DNA from: Octopus vulgaris
Taxonomy: Eukaryota
Direction: 5' to 3'
Length of the DNA stretch: 64,000 bases
NCBI GenBank assembly: GCA_951406725.2
Contig: OX597822.1
Coordinates: 108,190,001 to 108,254,000, forward strand
This document shows positions 25,969-40,419 of this stretch, piece after piece. Under the pieces are notes generated by a model. That model saw only the letters and a program-made list of their open reading frames with translations, was not told the origin of the DNA and did not search any database. The translations under genes were made by a program, and so were the position numbers. Each line of letters starts with the position of its first letter. Position 1 is the first letter of the stretch.

Positions 25969-26352
25969 TCTTTATATATAAAAGTGAAGTTGTGTGTCTG
26001 TCTCCTACGATTTAGATTCCTATCTACTCCCACATTTTGCGGTGCAGTGTAACCAAAAGCGGGTATCTTATAGTCGTGATTCATATCGAGCCCTTCTGGG
26101 TATTAGCGCGCGTCTACGATGAGTCTACGATTTAAAAAAAAAATACCATCATTTTCCCCCATTTTTAATGCATTTTTTGCTATTATATAAGGGAAGTAAC
26201 TCTCCAAAAATGTATTATTAAATCTCAGAACGTAAAAAACACCCCACTTTGTGGTTAGCCATATTGAGATGGCTATTATACTTTACATCTCTAAAAATGC
26301 TTATATAGTTATTTCCCTTACAAACCCAAGCAACACCGGGCGATACTGCTAG
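25969..26352 (+). mobile_element. Non-autonomous Helitron-type element
   Basis: A|TC 5' end; subterminal CCC..GGG hairpin; CTAG|T 3' end; homologous to 53836-54230. Confidence 0.85.
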
Positions 26353-26557
26353 TTTTATATAATTTTAATAATTGTAGTGATATTGGTAGTATTTTTTCCT
26401 CTTATACAATCTTCTAAATGTGTTCTGATCCTTTTTAACAGCCATGTACGTATACAAATCTTTAAAAGCTATAATAACCTATGTTTCAACATATATATGT
26501 CTGGCGTTATTAATCTTTTCAATCACATAATAGCCAAGTGTAAGTTATACAATATAA

Positions 26558-26628
26558 ATCTAAATGAATGCAAGTGATGTGAATATCTTTCCTTGAAGTC
26601 ATTGACTGTCTTGCCCGCATAGAACCTG
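26558..26628 (-). repeat. 71 bp inverted copy of 28067-28137
   Basis: 70/71 identical by manual alignment; flanks unrelated. Confidence 0.9.
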
Positions 26629-27043
26629 ACTTTAAATTAAATGAAGTTCATTTCCAAAATGAATCTAATAAATATTATTATAGCTTCCTGAACTTAATTA
26701 ATGTTAGATAACTGCTTGATTTTAAAAAGTTTTACGTTTATCTACGCTCTTAATTACATTGTACATGTAATTACCTATTAGATTGTTGGACTTTTCACAT
26801 TCTTTCACTGGATTCGGTCCAACACATTTGGTTAGTTAAGTAATTAATATTTACTGTTTGAAATGTTCAACAGATATGTCAGTATAATAACGTATCATTC
26901 AATTATATTAATTACTATTAGATTTATTAGGTTTAATTATTATTAACCTCTAGCTAAAACACGCTTTTATAAGAAGCAAATCGTTAGTTCTGTTTTTGTT
27001 TGCTATAATTAGCGTTTTTCTCCATTGCATTCTAATCTTCACA

Positions 27044-27119
<76 letters not shown>

Positions 27120-27125
<6 letters not shown>

Positions 27126-27426
27126 GATAAATAGATCAAAACAGATTGATTTAGATTCCTTGGGACGCTAGCGTTCAGCTATTGGACTATGAATGAGAGT
27201 TTCATTGAAGAGATTCCATGATTACTACTGGGCGTTAGCCTGTGATTGGTTGAGAAATGTCACGCGATATAGAAGTTTGATGTTGGCAATTCGGCGACAA
27301 CAGTTAGTGGAAAATGCCACATGATGAACAAGTAATAGACTGCGTGGTGAAGAGGAAATCGACCGCGTGGTGAATAACAAATCGGTCGTGAGGGTGCGGG
27401 GAAGTAGGAAGGGCGGTAGATATGGG

Positions 27427-27468
<42 letters not shown>

Positions 27469-29250
27469 GCCAACATATATGCATGCATGCATCCTTACTT
27501 ATACGAGTGTATATATGTGCTTAGATGTACATTCATACATCCTCGAGCTCGCATACACACACACAGATGCAGACACACACAAAGACAAACACGTGCAGAC
27601 ACGCACGCACACACACACGCACGCATATACAGAAACACAGGCACATAAACACGTGCACACCTTTGTATCATGTAGAAATGCACACAAGTGTGCACGTGTA
27701 ATATACATGAAAACAGAGGGGTGCACATGTATATGGGTGCGCACGTGTGTACATGTACACCCGACCAAATACCAAAGCCCACGCATATACATCCATGTGC
27801 ATGCATATGGTGAGTAAATGCATATTTCCATCACGCACATGAGCGCGCAGACATTTCCCCGGAGGCCATAATGTCAAGGTAAGCTATTTCTGCTTAGGCT
27901 ACATCTCATCTAACATCGAACGCATCAACAGACATAAAAACGCACCTACACAACCTCCAGCCCCAACATACAACTGCGGAAACCCTACAACCTGTCCTCT
28001 AGGAGGATCGTGCCTCTTAAGGGATGTACTATACAGATCCAACATTACACCATCCGATGTCATTTCCAGGTTCTATGCGGGCAAGACAGTCAATGATTTC
28101 AAGGAAAGATATTCACATCACTTGCATTCATTTAGATAGAGTCGCGCTTTCTCTGGAGACGTCGTTATCTCTTAGACGAAATAGTCTGCATCGAGTGGAC
28201 TATTATCGAGAGAGCCTCACCATATTCATACTTAGCTGCCAACTGTGCCTCCGCAAATCATCTACCAGCCTGCAGCAACTATCAAGAAGAAATATGAGGT
28301 ATTGTATTACGGTTACTAGAAGTACACCCTTCTGGTAAATTTCAAACCACTAGGCGCCGACATCCTGGATAAATCGCCTTAGTACTAGCGACACCTAGCA
28401 CCGCCTGCACCAAGTTCATCGTCACAAATCAATCACATGAACATTATCGCAAACTACCAATCGCCAACACTTCTTCATGCCTGTGTACCCACATACTCTC
28501 ACCCATTGTACGTCAACCGCTGTGGATGATAGCACGAGTATGTGTACACGCGTGTATGTGCGTCGCTGCGCATAAGTATCCGCTCACCGTATGCACTGAT
28601 TTGTGTGTGCGAGCGTACTCTGTTTGTGGTCGTACATGTGTTCGCGGGTGTGGATGTGTTAGGAGGCGTACATGAGATCGCGGGAGCACATCTGCGCGCG
28701 TTCGAGCCCACATGTATGTGCATCTGTGAGTGTCCATGTATGTATCCTTATACACTTGTGTGTGCGCGCGTGTGTGTGTTTTCATGTGTATACGTACAAT
28801 GGAGGTAAACGTGTGTGCGTTTGTGTGTTCGTGTGTTCGTATGTTCGTGTGTGTACATGTCTGCACGCGCATGCGTGTGTGAATGTGGTTTTTTGTGTGT
28901 GTGTGTGTATGTGTGTGTGCGCGCACAAATGTGTAAATGTACATATAATCACACATACACACTCCTATAAGTACACACTCGGTTAGATATACGCAGATAC
29001 GTGGGCATAAAATGTACATATATACATATATACCCTCATATCTACCCACTTTTCCTACTCTCTACACCACACTACCGACTTATTGTCCACCTCGCGGTCG
29101 ATTTCCTGTTCGTCACGCGGTCGATATCATCGTCACCATGCAGTATTTCCAACTAATCATTGTAACTAAAATACCAACACCAAACACTATACTGCGTGAA
29201 TTTTCCCGAAAATTCGCCGGTTAACGCCCAGTAGTAAACATTGTCACTCT
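27120..29250 (+). mobile_element. Old palindromic Naiad/Neptune-type PLE
   Basis: Diverged inverted arms ~27221-27850 and ~28540-29240. Core 27870-28340 encodes KVSYFC..YNCGNPTTCPLGGSCL..VLY, FYAGKTVNDFKERYSHHLHSF and CQLCL. Confidence 0.8.
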
Positions 29251-29276
29251 TCAACACACACATGCCCATGTATATG

Positions 29277-29318
<42 letters not shown>

Positions 29319-29378
29319 CACACATACATAATATGCATATGCATATCAATATATATGTGTGAGTGGTAAGGGGATGTA

Positions 29379-29424
<46 letters not shown>

Positions 29425-29439
29425 CATACGCAAACCAAT

Positions 29440-30222
29440 CTTCTGGTGAAATTCTCATGGCATCTAACATCATCAAAAACTTAGGTTTAACTGTGGACAA
29501 CAGCATAAGCTGGACTATACATATAAGCAGTAAAGTTGACATGGCCCACAGAATGTGTTCCTGGATTATCAGAACCTTTCAGTCGAGAGATTCCCACAGC
29601 ATTATCCTTCTCTTCTCCACTTTTGCCCGACACCACCTTGAATACTGCTGTCCACTGTGGTCTCCCTAAACAAAACAGAATATTATGAAAGTTGAAGCTA
29701 CCCAAAGGTCAATCGAAAAAGATAGATGGCATGTCAGACCTCGACTACTGGGGCCGACTAGAAAAGCTGAAACTGTATTTACTCCAGCGACGCCGTGAAC
29801 GCTACATTATCTGTATGATGTGGAAAATATTTCATCAACACTGTCCAAATGATGTTGGCATCACCTTCAAAATACATCCAAGGCTTGGACCCCGTGCCAT
29901 CCGTCAAAAACAAAAATCTAAATCACATCTCATAACAACAATACGGCACAGTTATTTCACCTCAATTGGACCTGCTCTCTTCAACATTACACCAGAACAG
30001 GTCAAAATAGAATCTGACCACACAAAATTCAAGAAGTCTTTGGACAAATTCCTTCAAACAGTCCCGGACAAGCCACCCACACCGGGATATGTCTCCACAA
30101 ACAATAGCTCTTTGCTCGAATGAGCCTTGGTACCCAATCCTGAATTGAAAGACTACGCCAGGCGGTGCTATTAAGTTAGATATGGCCTGGGCCAATACTG
30201 GCGAAAACGTTTCTAAGTTGTA
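29440..30222 (+). mobile_element. CR1/Jockey-group LINE family B, 3' fragment
   Basis: [28 protein letters not shown] and RLEKLKLYLLQRRRERY; 3' end GGCGGTGCTATTAAGTTAGATATGGCC; followed by long (TA)n. Confidence 0.9.
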
Positions 30223-30223
30223 A

Positions 30224-30400
<177 letters not shown>

Positions 30401-30676
30401 TATACATACATACATACGCACACACACACAGACATATATATATATACATATATATATATTAGAAAAATCACATATTATAGAAAGATTAAATATAAGATAA
30501 AACATATAACGATAATTAAGTAATGTGCAAAATAATAAATGAAATGTATATATTTAGTATATTCCCTCATATTATTATATATATATATATATATAACAAT
30601 TTAGGAATGGCCTTGACAGGCCATTCGTCCACTAGACAGAGCAGCCATAACTCTAACCGCCAAATAATGTAATAAT

Positions 30677-30733
<57 letters not shown>

Positions 30734-31479
30734 GAAATGAAGAAAATGCTGACAAATAATTGAAGCAATTTAAGTAATTTAATTAGGTGAAAGTTCTTTT
30801 TACCGGTTGCGCATTTGTTATGCTTATCAAAATATCTATATATATATATATATATATATTCTTATGCATGTGTGGGTGTTGTAGATAAATAGAGAAATAG
30901 ATAAATATATACGAGAAAGAGAAACCGGTACATAGATCGGTATATAGATAATCGCATAGATAGGGAGATGGATGGTTGCATATGCGTTACAATCCTATCC
31001 TCACGATATTTATTTGTTCCTGATTAATTCACTCTTGCTATTGTAAACACTACTGTCATCCGTCTTAATCTCATACCTCTATTTATGAAACTAGTATCAT
31101 TTATTCCATTACCGTTTAGTAATCCAGCTTTGGTAAATCTTGGCAGTCGCATTCGCTGCTTCAAAGTAAATATGTCACTTTTCTGTATATATTGATTCCT
31201 TTTCAGTAATTTATTAGCAAATATTTACGGATGTATCATCTAACCATACTATACGCAACAATGATATAAAATCGAGCCCAGTCATATTAAAGTATTAGTT
31301 TATATATGTAGGTGTTACCTTCATTAACCCTGTACATGGCATTATTTATGATCTAATGACAATAAGCAGCCGGTGTCTCAGATCTTTCCTGAGATCTGAA
31401 AATGGACAGATTTATATGGTGGTTGTTCAGTTTCATAATTGAAAATTTGTTGACAAAGTTATTTCTCGAGATTTGATAT

Positions 31480-31890
31480 TCTAGGTATTAACATTTCGGC
31501 GAAAGGGTTTGTGGGGAATGTTTGAGAAAGATGCAATATAGATTTCAAAGAGAGAATTGATGCATACAACTTGATTGGAGTTCGATAGCAGTTTTTCAAT
31601 CCGACCTTGGAAGTCCACTGAAAAAAACAGCAGAACTCTGGTGAAATAGCGAGTGGGTGAGAAAAGGCTGAGAGTTGGTGTTAGTCTATTTGAAATAACC
31701 AACAAGGTGTATTTTTGAGCAGAGGTCATCCTTGATTGGAGAAATACACTCCATTGTAGGAATTACTGGAAGTGTACAGGAGGGAAGAATGAGATGCCCA
31801 ATATGTGCCAGACCATGCCATTCTTTGCTTGGCTCAAATCCCATTTTGGGACCCATGAAATCCAACTGATCTGGCTATATATTTGTGCAC
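31480..31890 (-). mobile_element. Possible PLE RT relic
   Basis: Minus strand YSQ...MGPKMG and KDD relics with frameshifts. Confidence 0.25.
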
Positions 31891-32011
31891 ATCTTTCAAT
31901 GCAGTGAATACCATAAGGTCTCAAAAGTTATTTTAAGATCGCTGCTCTGGAATGTATGGAAGTATGCATGTATGTATTTACATATATATGTATGTATGTA
32001 TACACACACAC

Positions 32012-32069
<58 letters not shown>

Positions 32070-32111
32070 TAGAACCTCGGTTTACCAACACCTCTAATCA
32101 CGAATAACCGT

Positions 32112-32181
<70 letters not shown>

Positions 32182-32469
32182 GAAAGTGAAATGTATATAT
32201 TAAGTACAGCGTATCATCACCAACGACCGAAAAATACATAAACTCACAACGAGACATAGCTGCGGGACAAAATACCAAAATAATTCTAACTCCATCTCAG
32301 TTGTCGAGTGTTCATTACTATCTGTTTCGTGCTTTTAATGACCATTTCAATACGTCCACTCTGCTCTCGTTTGTTCGTTCAAAGCCTTAACTCTCTACAA
32401 ATGTCATGTTTAAAACATTTCTAGATGCTGCTGTCTTTTGAAGTTATCCTGTCCTGTCTTTGTATGCAC

Positions 32470-32695
32470 GAAACAGGTAGTAATTAACAGTCAACAAATG
32501 AGGAGGGATTAGACCTCTTCTGGTATTTTGTCCCGTACTTGTCTCTTACGTATTTTTCGCACATTGGCGATGTCTTGTACTTAGTATTTTTTTTTTTTTC
32601 ATTTTTATTTACTAACTGAATGCCACGCAAACTTTGTCAGCAGTAAGTTTTTACATTTAAATATAATTTCTGCGATTCTGTTCTCTGCTTATTTC

Positions 32696-32731
<36 letters not shown>

Positions 32732-33015
32732 ATTTCTCTCTCTCTCTATCTATCTATCTTTCTATCTATCTATCTCTATCCCTCTAAAATCCAAAGTTTT
32801 CCTCTCTTGTCGTTAAAAGCAGGAAACAGCTATTAATAAACAGTCGACAACTGAGGAGGACTTCTTTTGGTGTTTTGTCCCGTACTTGTCTCTGGCTGTG
32901 TGCTTATGTATTACTCGCTCGCTGGTGATGGCCTATACTTAATATGTATTTTTCATTTTTATTTAATAATTGAACGCCACGCACCCTTTACCAGTAGTAC
33001 GTTTAAATATAACTA
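32470..33015. repeat. Diverged ~200 bp direct duplication separated by (CT)n
   Basis: 32470-32670 versus 32824-33012 share AACAGTC.ACAA.TGAGGAGG and TTTTGTCCCGTACTTGTCTCT. Confidence 0.75.
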
Positions 33016-33082
33016 GGAATAACTTAGAAAGGCTTTGGCCAGTATTGGCCCAGGCCATGTCTAATTTAATAGCACCACTTGG
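33012..33082 (-). mobile_element. LINE family B extreme 3' end
   Basis: Reverse complement of the 30160-30220 terminus. Confidence 0.75.
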
Positions 33083-33144
33083 CTATATATATATACACAC
33101 ACACGCACGCACGCACACACACACACACACACACACCACACACT

Positions 33145-33217
<73 letters not shown>

Positions 33218-33221
<4 letters not shown>

Positions 33222-33405
33222 GGAGTTTACGAAAAGAACAGAAGACGAAGACAGGTGGTGTACAAAACAAACAGATGTATTAGTATAACGCCCAGGAATA
33301 GAAAAAGTCTTTTTACGTTTCGAGCCTACGCTCTTCTACAGAAAGGGCCGCAGAAAAAACAAGGAGAGAAAAAAATGCGTTTAGTAGCTAACGATCTATC
33401 ATGCC

Positions 33406-33408
<3 letters not shown>
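33218..33408 (-). mobile_element. ~190 bp (TA)n-embedded mini-element with hammerhead-like motif (family H1)
   Basis: Minus 33309-33346: CTTT-CTGTAGA-A-GAGC-GTAG-GCTC-GAAA-CG-TA-AAAAG; partial copy at 42376-42423. Confidence 0.7.
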
Positions 33409-33504
<96 letters not shown>

Positions 33505-33982
33505 ACTATTTATATATATATATATTGCATACAACGATGCAATAATTTACATTTTTATTTTTCTATAATTTTTTTCACTCAATGTATTTCAATTTTTACG
33601 AAATCTGCTGAGAGAGGGTGATCTGACCTGCTGTAATTTCATAGACTAACACAAAGTAATGTACAATATAGTTTGAATCATATTTGAAAAACTTATATTA
33701 TACAACACTAATTAGTTAATAAAACCCTCCATAACACTTTGTACTATTATTTCTAACACAAAAATACATGTGTTACTCATTTATACCCATATGAGTGGCT
33801 TAGCTTCGAGTTCCAACATTCCTAAAAGGAATGAAATAATCATTTTATTTTCTAAAACAATCTAAACTATAATGACGTCAGCAATAGATATATGTATACG
33901 TATATATACATATATACATACATATATACATATATATATATATGTGTGTGTGCGTGTATGTGTGTCTGTATAGATTTATATT

Positions 33983-34025
<43 letters not shown>

Positions 34026-34032
34026 GTATATG

Positions 34033-34069
<37 letters not shown>

Positions 34070-34079
34070 ATTATGTGTG

Positions 34080-34300
34080 CTGTAATAATATCAGCCCTAA
34101 ACAATATTCCGTTATTGATCCCTCCACATCGTTGCTTACAGCATTTAAGCTATTTCAGCCAGAGCTACATTTACAATTCAACCTATATATCAATAGATAT
34201 TGGGAAACGGCTGATAATAACATTAGCATCCTTCGTCTGGCGCTGATAGTTCGTTATATCTAGAGGATATGTTTTTGAAAGTAAAAATATTTCGGCAACT
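34080..34300 (+). mobile_element. PLE endonuclease tail with hammerhead relic
   Basis: [15 protein letters not shown] resembles a GIY-YIG C-terminus; then CTGATAA, AACAT..ATCCT/AGGAT.ATGTT and TGAAA. Confidence 0.4.
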
Positions 34301-34404
34301 TAACTAAGGAAAAAAAAAAAATTTAAGGACATTTTAGCAAGAGATATATTGTCAGAAAATCAAATTATAATCCAGCACACACGAACACACAGAGACACGC
34401 ACAG

Positions 34405-34467
<63 letters not shown>

Positions 34468-34606
34468 CACATGCACACACATACACACACAAACATACCC
34501 ACATATATGTCTATATCTATCTAGCTTTTTATTCGTATGTCCGTCTATCTGTCTGTCTATCTATATGCGAATATATACATATATACGTACATATTTACAT
34601 ACACAT

Positions 34607-34645
<39 letters not shown>

Positions 34646-34711
34646 CATATGTGTGGGTGGGTGTGCGTGCATGTATGTTCAATATAATAAATCTCTGTCT
34701 CTCTCTCTCTC

Positions 34712-34777
<66 letters not shown>

Positions 34778-34868
34778 CCTGCGTAATGTATGCGTACCTA
34801 CTTGCCGTAGGTTAGCAATGTATTATGACACATCGGAGATAAAGGTCGTCGTTGTCTGGAGCCTTTCC

Positions 34869-34921
<53 letters not shown>

Positions 34922-36829
34922 CATTTTTTCATGTTTGCAGTATTGGCATTCTCCTAGAAAACGGAAGAAAGTTAAAATATAACTTCATGATTTATGAATA
35001 CCTGTCAGCAATATCAGCCGATAAAAAAATAAAGGAATATCTTTTGTCAGAAATATATTTCCAAGCATGCTTCAAGCAATTGATTATCTTTATACAGCCA
35101 TGGGAATCTTCTGGAATATTTTTACGTAACATTGGCTGTTACATTCTATGTTTTTTCCAACCCAGTGATGCTGCATGGTTGACTGACCTCTCCGAATTGT
35201 ATATCAATATACAATGCACCGACTGATAAAAATAAACAATAAAATCAAACCTGTATTCCGAAACTCAAAGGGAATGCTACCAGCAACTGTCAAAACAGAT
35301 ATATCAATGTAGCTCCATATTTTTCTTGTCAGTTACTTCTTCGCCATATCATTATAAACTTCCCATGGATAATAGTCGTATGATCAGACCAAGTTGCATG
35401 AATCACTTTTTCCTATACATCATTTTCATACTTTTTCAGTATCTTTAATTTATTTTTCTTATCATTCTTCAAAAGAGATAACACTATCATCACTGTAGCA
35501 TTTAATTCATCTCTATCTTCCAACTATTGCATAATTTTATTATAAGAAATATAACCGAAGCAAAACTTTAAATCGATGGAAAAACATCAATATCGCTTGA
35601 AAACAACCATACTTTGCATATATCTGCTGATAACGCAAAGATAAGCATTATATTATTTCATTTAAGTGTACTGACCGGTGACTTTCGCATATATTGAAGT
35701 ATATATGGTCATTACTACGCATATGTTGTTTCATATTAAGCCGCACATAATATACCAATATATTACATTTCTATGTCCTTATTTTATAACTTCAAAACAA
35801 GCAGCTATAACTACACACAACAACACGTTATAGTTAAGAGAGAAAATAAGTGGGAAGATTCAGACACGGCTAACATTGTCTACGTGGAACAATTAATGTG
35901 CCATTTTAAGTACTTTGCTCTGAGAATGATGGTATGCATTTAGCCAGCTTTGTTTTATAGTTAATAGCTCGTGTGCAGTGGCTGCCAAAATACTTGAGCA
36001 GTATAATTAGCCTATATATGCAGTGAGGAGTTCAGTTCCTCTTTACGTCTGTTTTCAGCGAGAAATAAATATTTATATTTTTAATAATCAGATGTTTGTG
36101 GTATCAAGATGAAAACACATTATTCTAGTCTTCAATCAGCAAAGATAAGAGAACCTGTTTATAACATAATATTCTATCTGAAGAAGAATCGTTTTGTGTA
36201 AAATACCATTAAAATAGAGGATGAAAAATTTATTAAACTTATTAGTTTTGTCTACTACATTTACAGTTCAAACGCACTTCCAGCTCGAAATGCGTTCTGT
36301 CATTCAGTAGTTAATGAAGTCTGCACAGTCAATTATCAAACTTTATATTTTCAAAACTTACAAAAGTTTTCAGTACGTAGGAAACAAAACTATTTATCAA
36401 ATAAACGAACTTTCAGTTATATAAAGAAAGCTAAATCTGTTTCAGAGAAAGAATAGTTCGCTTACTGTTCGTTCCGTGGGTGATTGTAGTTGGGGAACTT
36501 TTCGTATTTTTCCGAATCGAAATGTGGTGCCTGTTGTCCAGTGTCAATGAAGTAAAAGCGAAGCCTAAAAAATATTGATTAAAAAATGTGTCCCGTGCTC
36601 GACACCTACCAAATTAAGCTTTCTGTATCGTTTCTTTTGTTACTAGGTACGTTGCCATATATACTATAAACTTTGTATGAGTTCCGATCTATATAACATC
36701 TCGTGTCTATCCGCACCATTTCGGAGATAATAATATTTAGTTTTAAAAACCAGAGAATAACAGAAATAGTAACACACTTTAGTATACTAAGACCATTACC
36801 ATCTTCTCATGGGACATCTAGCAGGAATA

Positions 36830-38030
36830 GTTTTCACTTATGAAGTGACATATGATCCCAGCATCTTTGTAAAAAAAGGGTTGGAAATGATAAGACTACT
36901 GACATGCGATTAGGTATTTGGCGGCCATAGGTTGGCCTCCAAATACCTGATCCACCGGATCTCAGCTATCGCGGGCAATATTGAATTCAATATATTGATG
37001 GCAGAATTCATCATAGTAATGAGAAATGTGACCCGCATGTGCGACCCTACCGAGTTAAAGAGACACATACAACACTTCGTTCACCGCATGCAGTTCTCAG
37101 AGAAAGGATCAGAGTATATAAAGGAGGCATGAGGAAATTTAATGCTATCATACGTAACGATAGGAATGGGATTTGCCCACTCTATAGGAGCAAGTCAATC
37201 GGTAGAACCTACCCTTTTAGTAGGAGACCCTGTACTGATAGGAACTGTATTGTGTGTAGATTTAGTCCAAAGACAAGCTGTAGAGCTGCGAATGTAGTCT
37301 ATAGTATAAGATGTACAGAGGGACAGTGCTGTAAAAGACAATGACCTACGTAGGGGAGACAGCACGGAGCATAGGAGAGCGGGTAAATGATAATTTTGGA
37401 GGGAACTTAAGGAAGAGAAGAACTCATCGCTTCTATACCAGCACGCCGCGCAGGAATACAGGGGCTCAATCAACAATATAGAAGTTAAAATCTTGTCCAC
37501 ACATAGAACAGACGCAGCACTTAGACAAATGGCAGATGCTACACACACGACAGAAGATAAAACTTGCCTAAACAGAAAACTAGAATGGAACACTAGCACT
37601 ACCACCATCCCACATGCCACAAACTATGACAGAATAAGCTGCCCATAAACTGATAATAGTATTAAAAATAATACAATACACAGATAAATAAATGGAATTA
37701 AATAACTATATACATAAATAAGATAAATATAATTAATTTAAATTAATACAAAAAAGAAAAGTAAATAGATATAAATAAATGAATAAAATAGATAGAAGAA
37801 AATTAAACGAACGTGTATAAACTAGGGATATTGATAATGCAGGCACATTCCCCACACACAAGCACTTACTAAACGTAGAGACACACACGGATATACGCCT
37901 GCGCAAGTAAAGACATACACTAGGAATAAAAAAGGACAGATCGTTAGTAAGGAGAGTAAAAAAGAAAGAATAAAGCAAAGGAACACTGACGAGGTCACAG
38001 AAATGTGACGAAAGAACTCTGGCCGAGATA
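36830..38030 (+). mobile_element. PLE 3' part (thumb, zinc-finger linker, GIY-YIG, pLTR)
   Basis: PCTDRNCIVC, SCRAANVVYSIRC, YVGETARSIGER, SLLYQH, VKILSTH..RQMADA..LNRKLEW. Confidence 0.85.
37982..38024 (+). ncRNA. Hammerhead motif, probably inactive
   Basis: CTGACGA-G-GTCACA-GAAA-TGTGAC-GAAA-GAACTC-TG; G at the cleavage position and poor stem I. Confidence 0.55.
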
Positions 38031-38182
38031 CAATTAATATGAAATACAGCTGAAGCAAGTGAACACCAAACATACAGAGCGTGTACCTCATTGGCTAAAC
38101 TAGCAACATGACCATCCCCAATACAATATCTGTTTCAATACACTAATTCGCATCAAGAATCTTGCAAAACGAATACATAAAC

Positions 38183-38257
<75 letters not shown>
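38183..38257. repeat. (TTA)n microsatellite
   Basis: Read directly; 3' flank of the Dong/R4 element. Confidence 0.95.
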
Positions 38258-38260
<3 letters not shown>

Positions 38261-39020
38261 TAGTTTTATTTTTATAGCGTGCTTTCACTTCACTACCGAG
38301 CGCAGCTCTGTGTGCCTTGGGTATGTGCTGTGGTTTGTTGTGATGCTCTGATGGTTATTGTATGGAAAGTGTTCTGCGTAGGATGTGTGCAGTGCCTAGT
38401 AGTGCAATTTTCTGTATGTTATATGTGTTTGTAAGTCCTGGTGTTTTTGTTATATATTTGTCTGAATATTTTTTTATCATGCCTAATGCACCTACTATGA
38501 TAGGAATTGTTTCTGTTTTCAGATTCCACATTCTAGTTACCTCTATTTCCAGGTCTTTGTATTTTTAGAGTTTCTCCATTTCTTTTAGAGACACGTTGTC
38601 ATCTGCCGGTATTGATACATCAATTAGAAAGCATTTTTTTCTTCATGATCTCTGACAACTATATCTGGTCTGTTGGCCTTAATTTCTCTATCTGTGTGTA
38701 TCGGCATATCCCAGAGTATGGTTGCCTTCTCGTTTTCTGTGACCTTTTCTGGTGTGTGCCTATAGCATCTTTTTTCTGTTGTTATTCCATAATGTTGGCA
38801 TAGCTTCCAATGTATGTAAGTTCCAACTCTGTCATGTCTGTGAATATATTCCTTCTTAGCCAGGACTGGGCAGCTAGAGATAATATGATTTATTGTTTCT
38901 TGTCCATCTCCACATATTCTGCAGTTACCTCTAATATTTCTTTTCATTACATGTTTTTGGTAATTTCTGGTGGGGAGGCTTTGGTCTTGTGCTGCAATTA
39001 AAAATCCCTCTGTTTCTGCT
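38258..39020 (-). mobile_element. Dong/R4-clade non-LTR retrotransposon 3' fragment (CCHC and restriction-like endonuclease)
   Basis: AETEGFLIAAQDQSL, CRICG..ETINHIISSC, RHD, ILWD and NRPDIVV; (TAA)n on both sides. Confidence 0.9.
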
Positions 39021-39246
<226 letters not shown>

Positions 39247-39282
39247 CATGTAGTGAGTAGCGATTTTCTTCACTACTTTAGA

Positions 39283-39600
39283 GTGTGACGACCCTGCCTG
39301 ACACGAGTCCTGGGCTCAGCTGCCTCCGGTTGACAATACCCGGTGTGGGCCCCTATCCAGCTTTACGGAAAGGAGACAACCTTCAAAGAAATCCGGAGTG
39401 GAGCCCCGTAGTCGGTTAAGCTTTCGACTCGACATTCTTCCAGCAGCTCCTGCAACCAAGCTGGTGCCAAACGTAATGCTCTGCATTCCTTTCGACTACG
39501 TCAGGAAGGTCGAGAGGGGAATCCCTACGATTGGGATTTCCTTACATCTAGCCAAGGCTTGGGCAAAATTGGAGAGGAAACTGGAGAAGACATAAAAGGT
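39283..39600 (+). mobile_element. Possible RTE-type LINE 5' region fragment
   Basis: GC-richer block AAATCCGGAGTGGAGCCCC..GCTGGTGCCAAAC..TTCCTTT, recalled as resembling RTE 5' regions; not verified. Confidence 0.3.
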
Positions 39601-39654
39601 AAAAACGCGCAACTGAATCGTCTCACGAGACAAAAGGATGTCAACAACAACAAT

Positions 39655-39860
39655 TAAGGTGGCCTCGTGGCAGAATTGTTAGCACGCAAGGCTAAATGCT
39701 TAGTGGTATTTCTCCCTTCGCTACATTCTGAGTTCAAATTCCACCAAGGTTGACTGTTTTTCATTTTTTTGGGGTCGATAAGCTAACAACCAGTTGAACA
39801 CTGGGGTGGATGTATTCGATTCATCACCAACTCCCTCAAGCTTCCCCTATGAAAAAAAAT
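39655..39860 (+). mobile_element. SINE family C, decayed
   Basis: TGGCAGAATTGTTAGCACG..CTGAGTTCAAATTCC..GGGGTCGATAA. Confidence 0.8.
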
Positions 39861-39959
39861 TGAAATAATAACAACAATAGCATGGTGCCGTAGGCTGCAG
39901 TTAGTAAGCCTTTTACGCATGCAAGACTCCAGGAGCTCCAACAAAACGTGTGATAAAGA

Positions 39960-40290
<331 letters not shown>

Positions 40291-40419
40291 ATGTTGCTGT
40301 TGATGATATCATCATATTCATCATCATCAACATACGTTCAAAATATGTTTTTACTGAATTATGTTAGATGACTCGGACTGGCTTACAGTTCCGGCAATGT
40401 AATACGTTGCCGGATACAA

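Noticed and set aside
30605-30626. GAATGGCCT-TGAC-AGGCCATTC hairpin as a terminator or ncRNA
   Set aside because: An isolated 9 bp hairpin with no supporting context.
38258-39020. RTE-clade LINE, suggested by the (TAA)n tail
   Set aside because: The protein has CCHC plus RHD/PDIV restriction-like endonuclease motifs, which indicate the R4/Dong clade.
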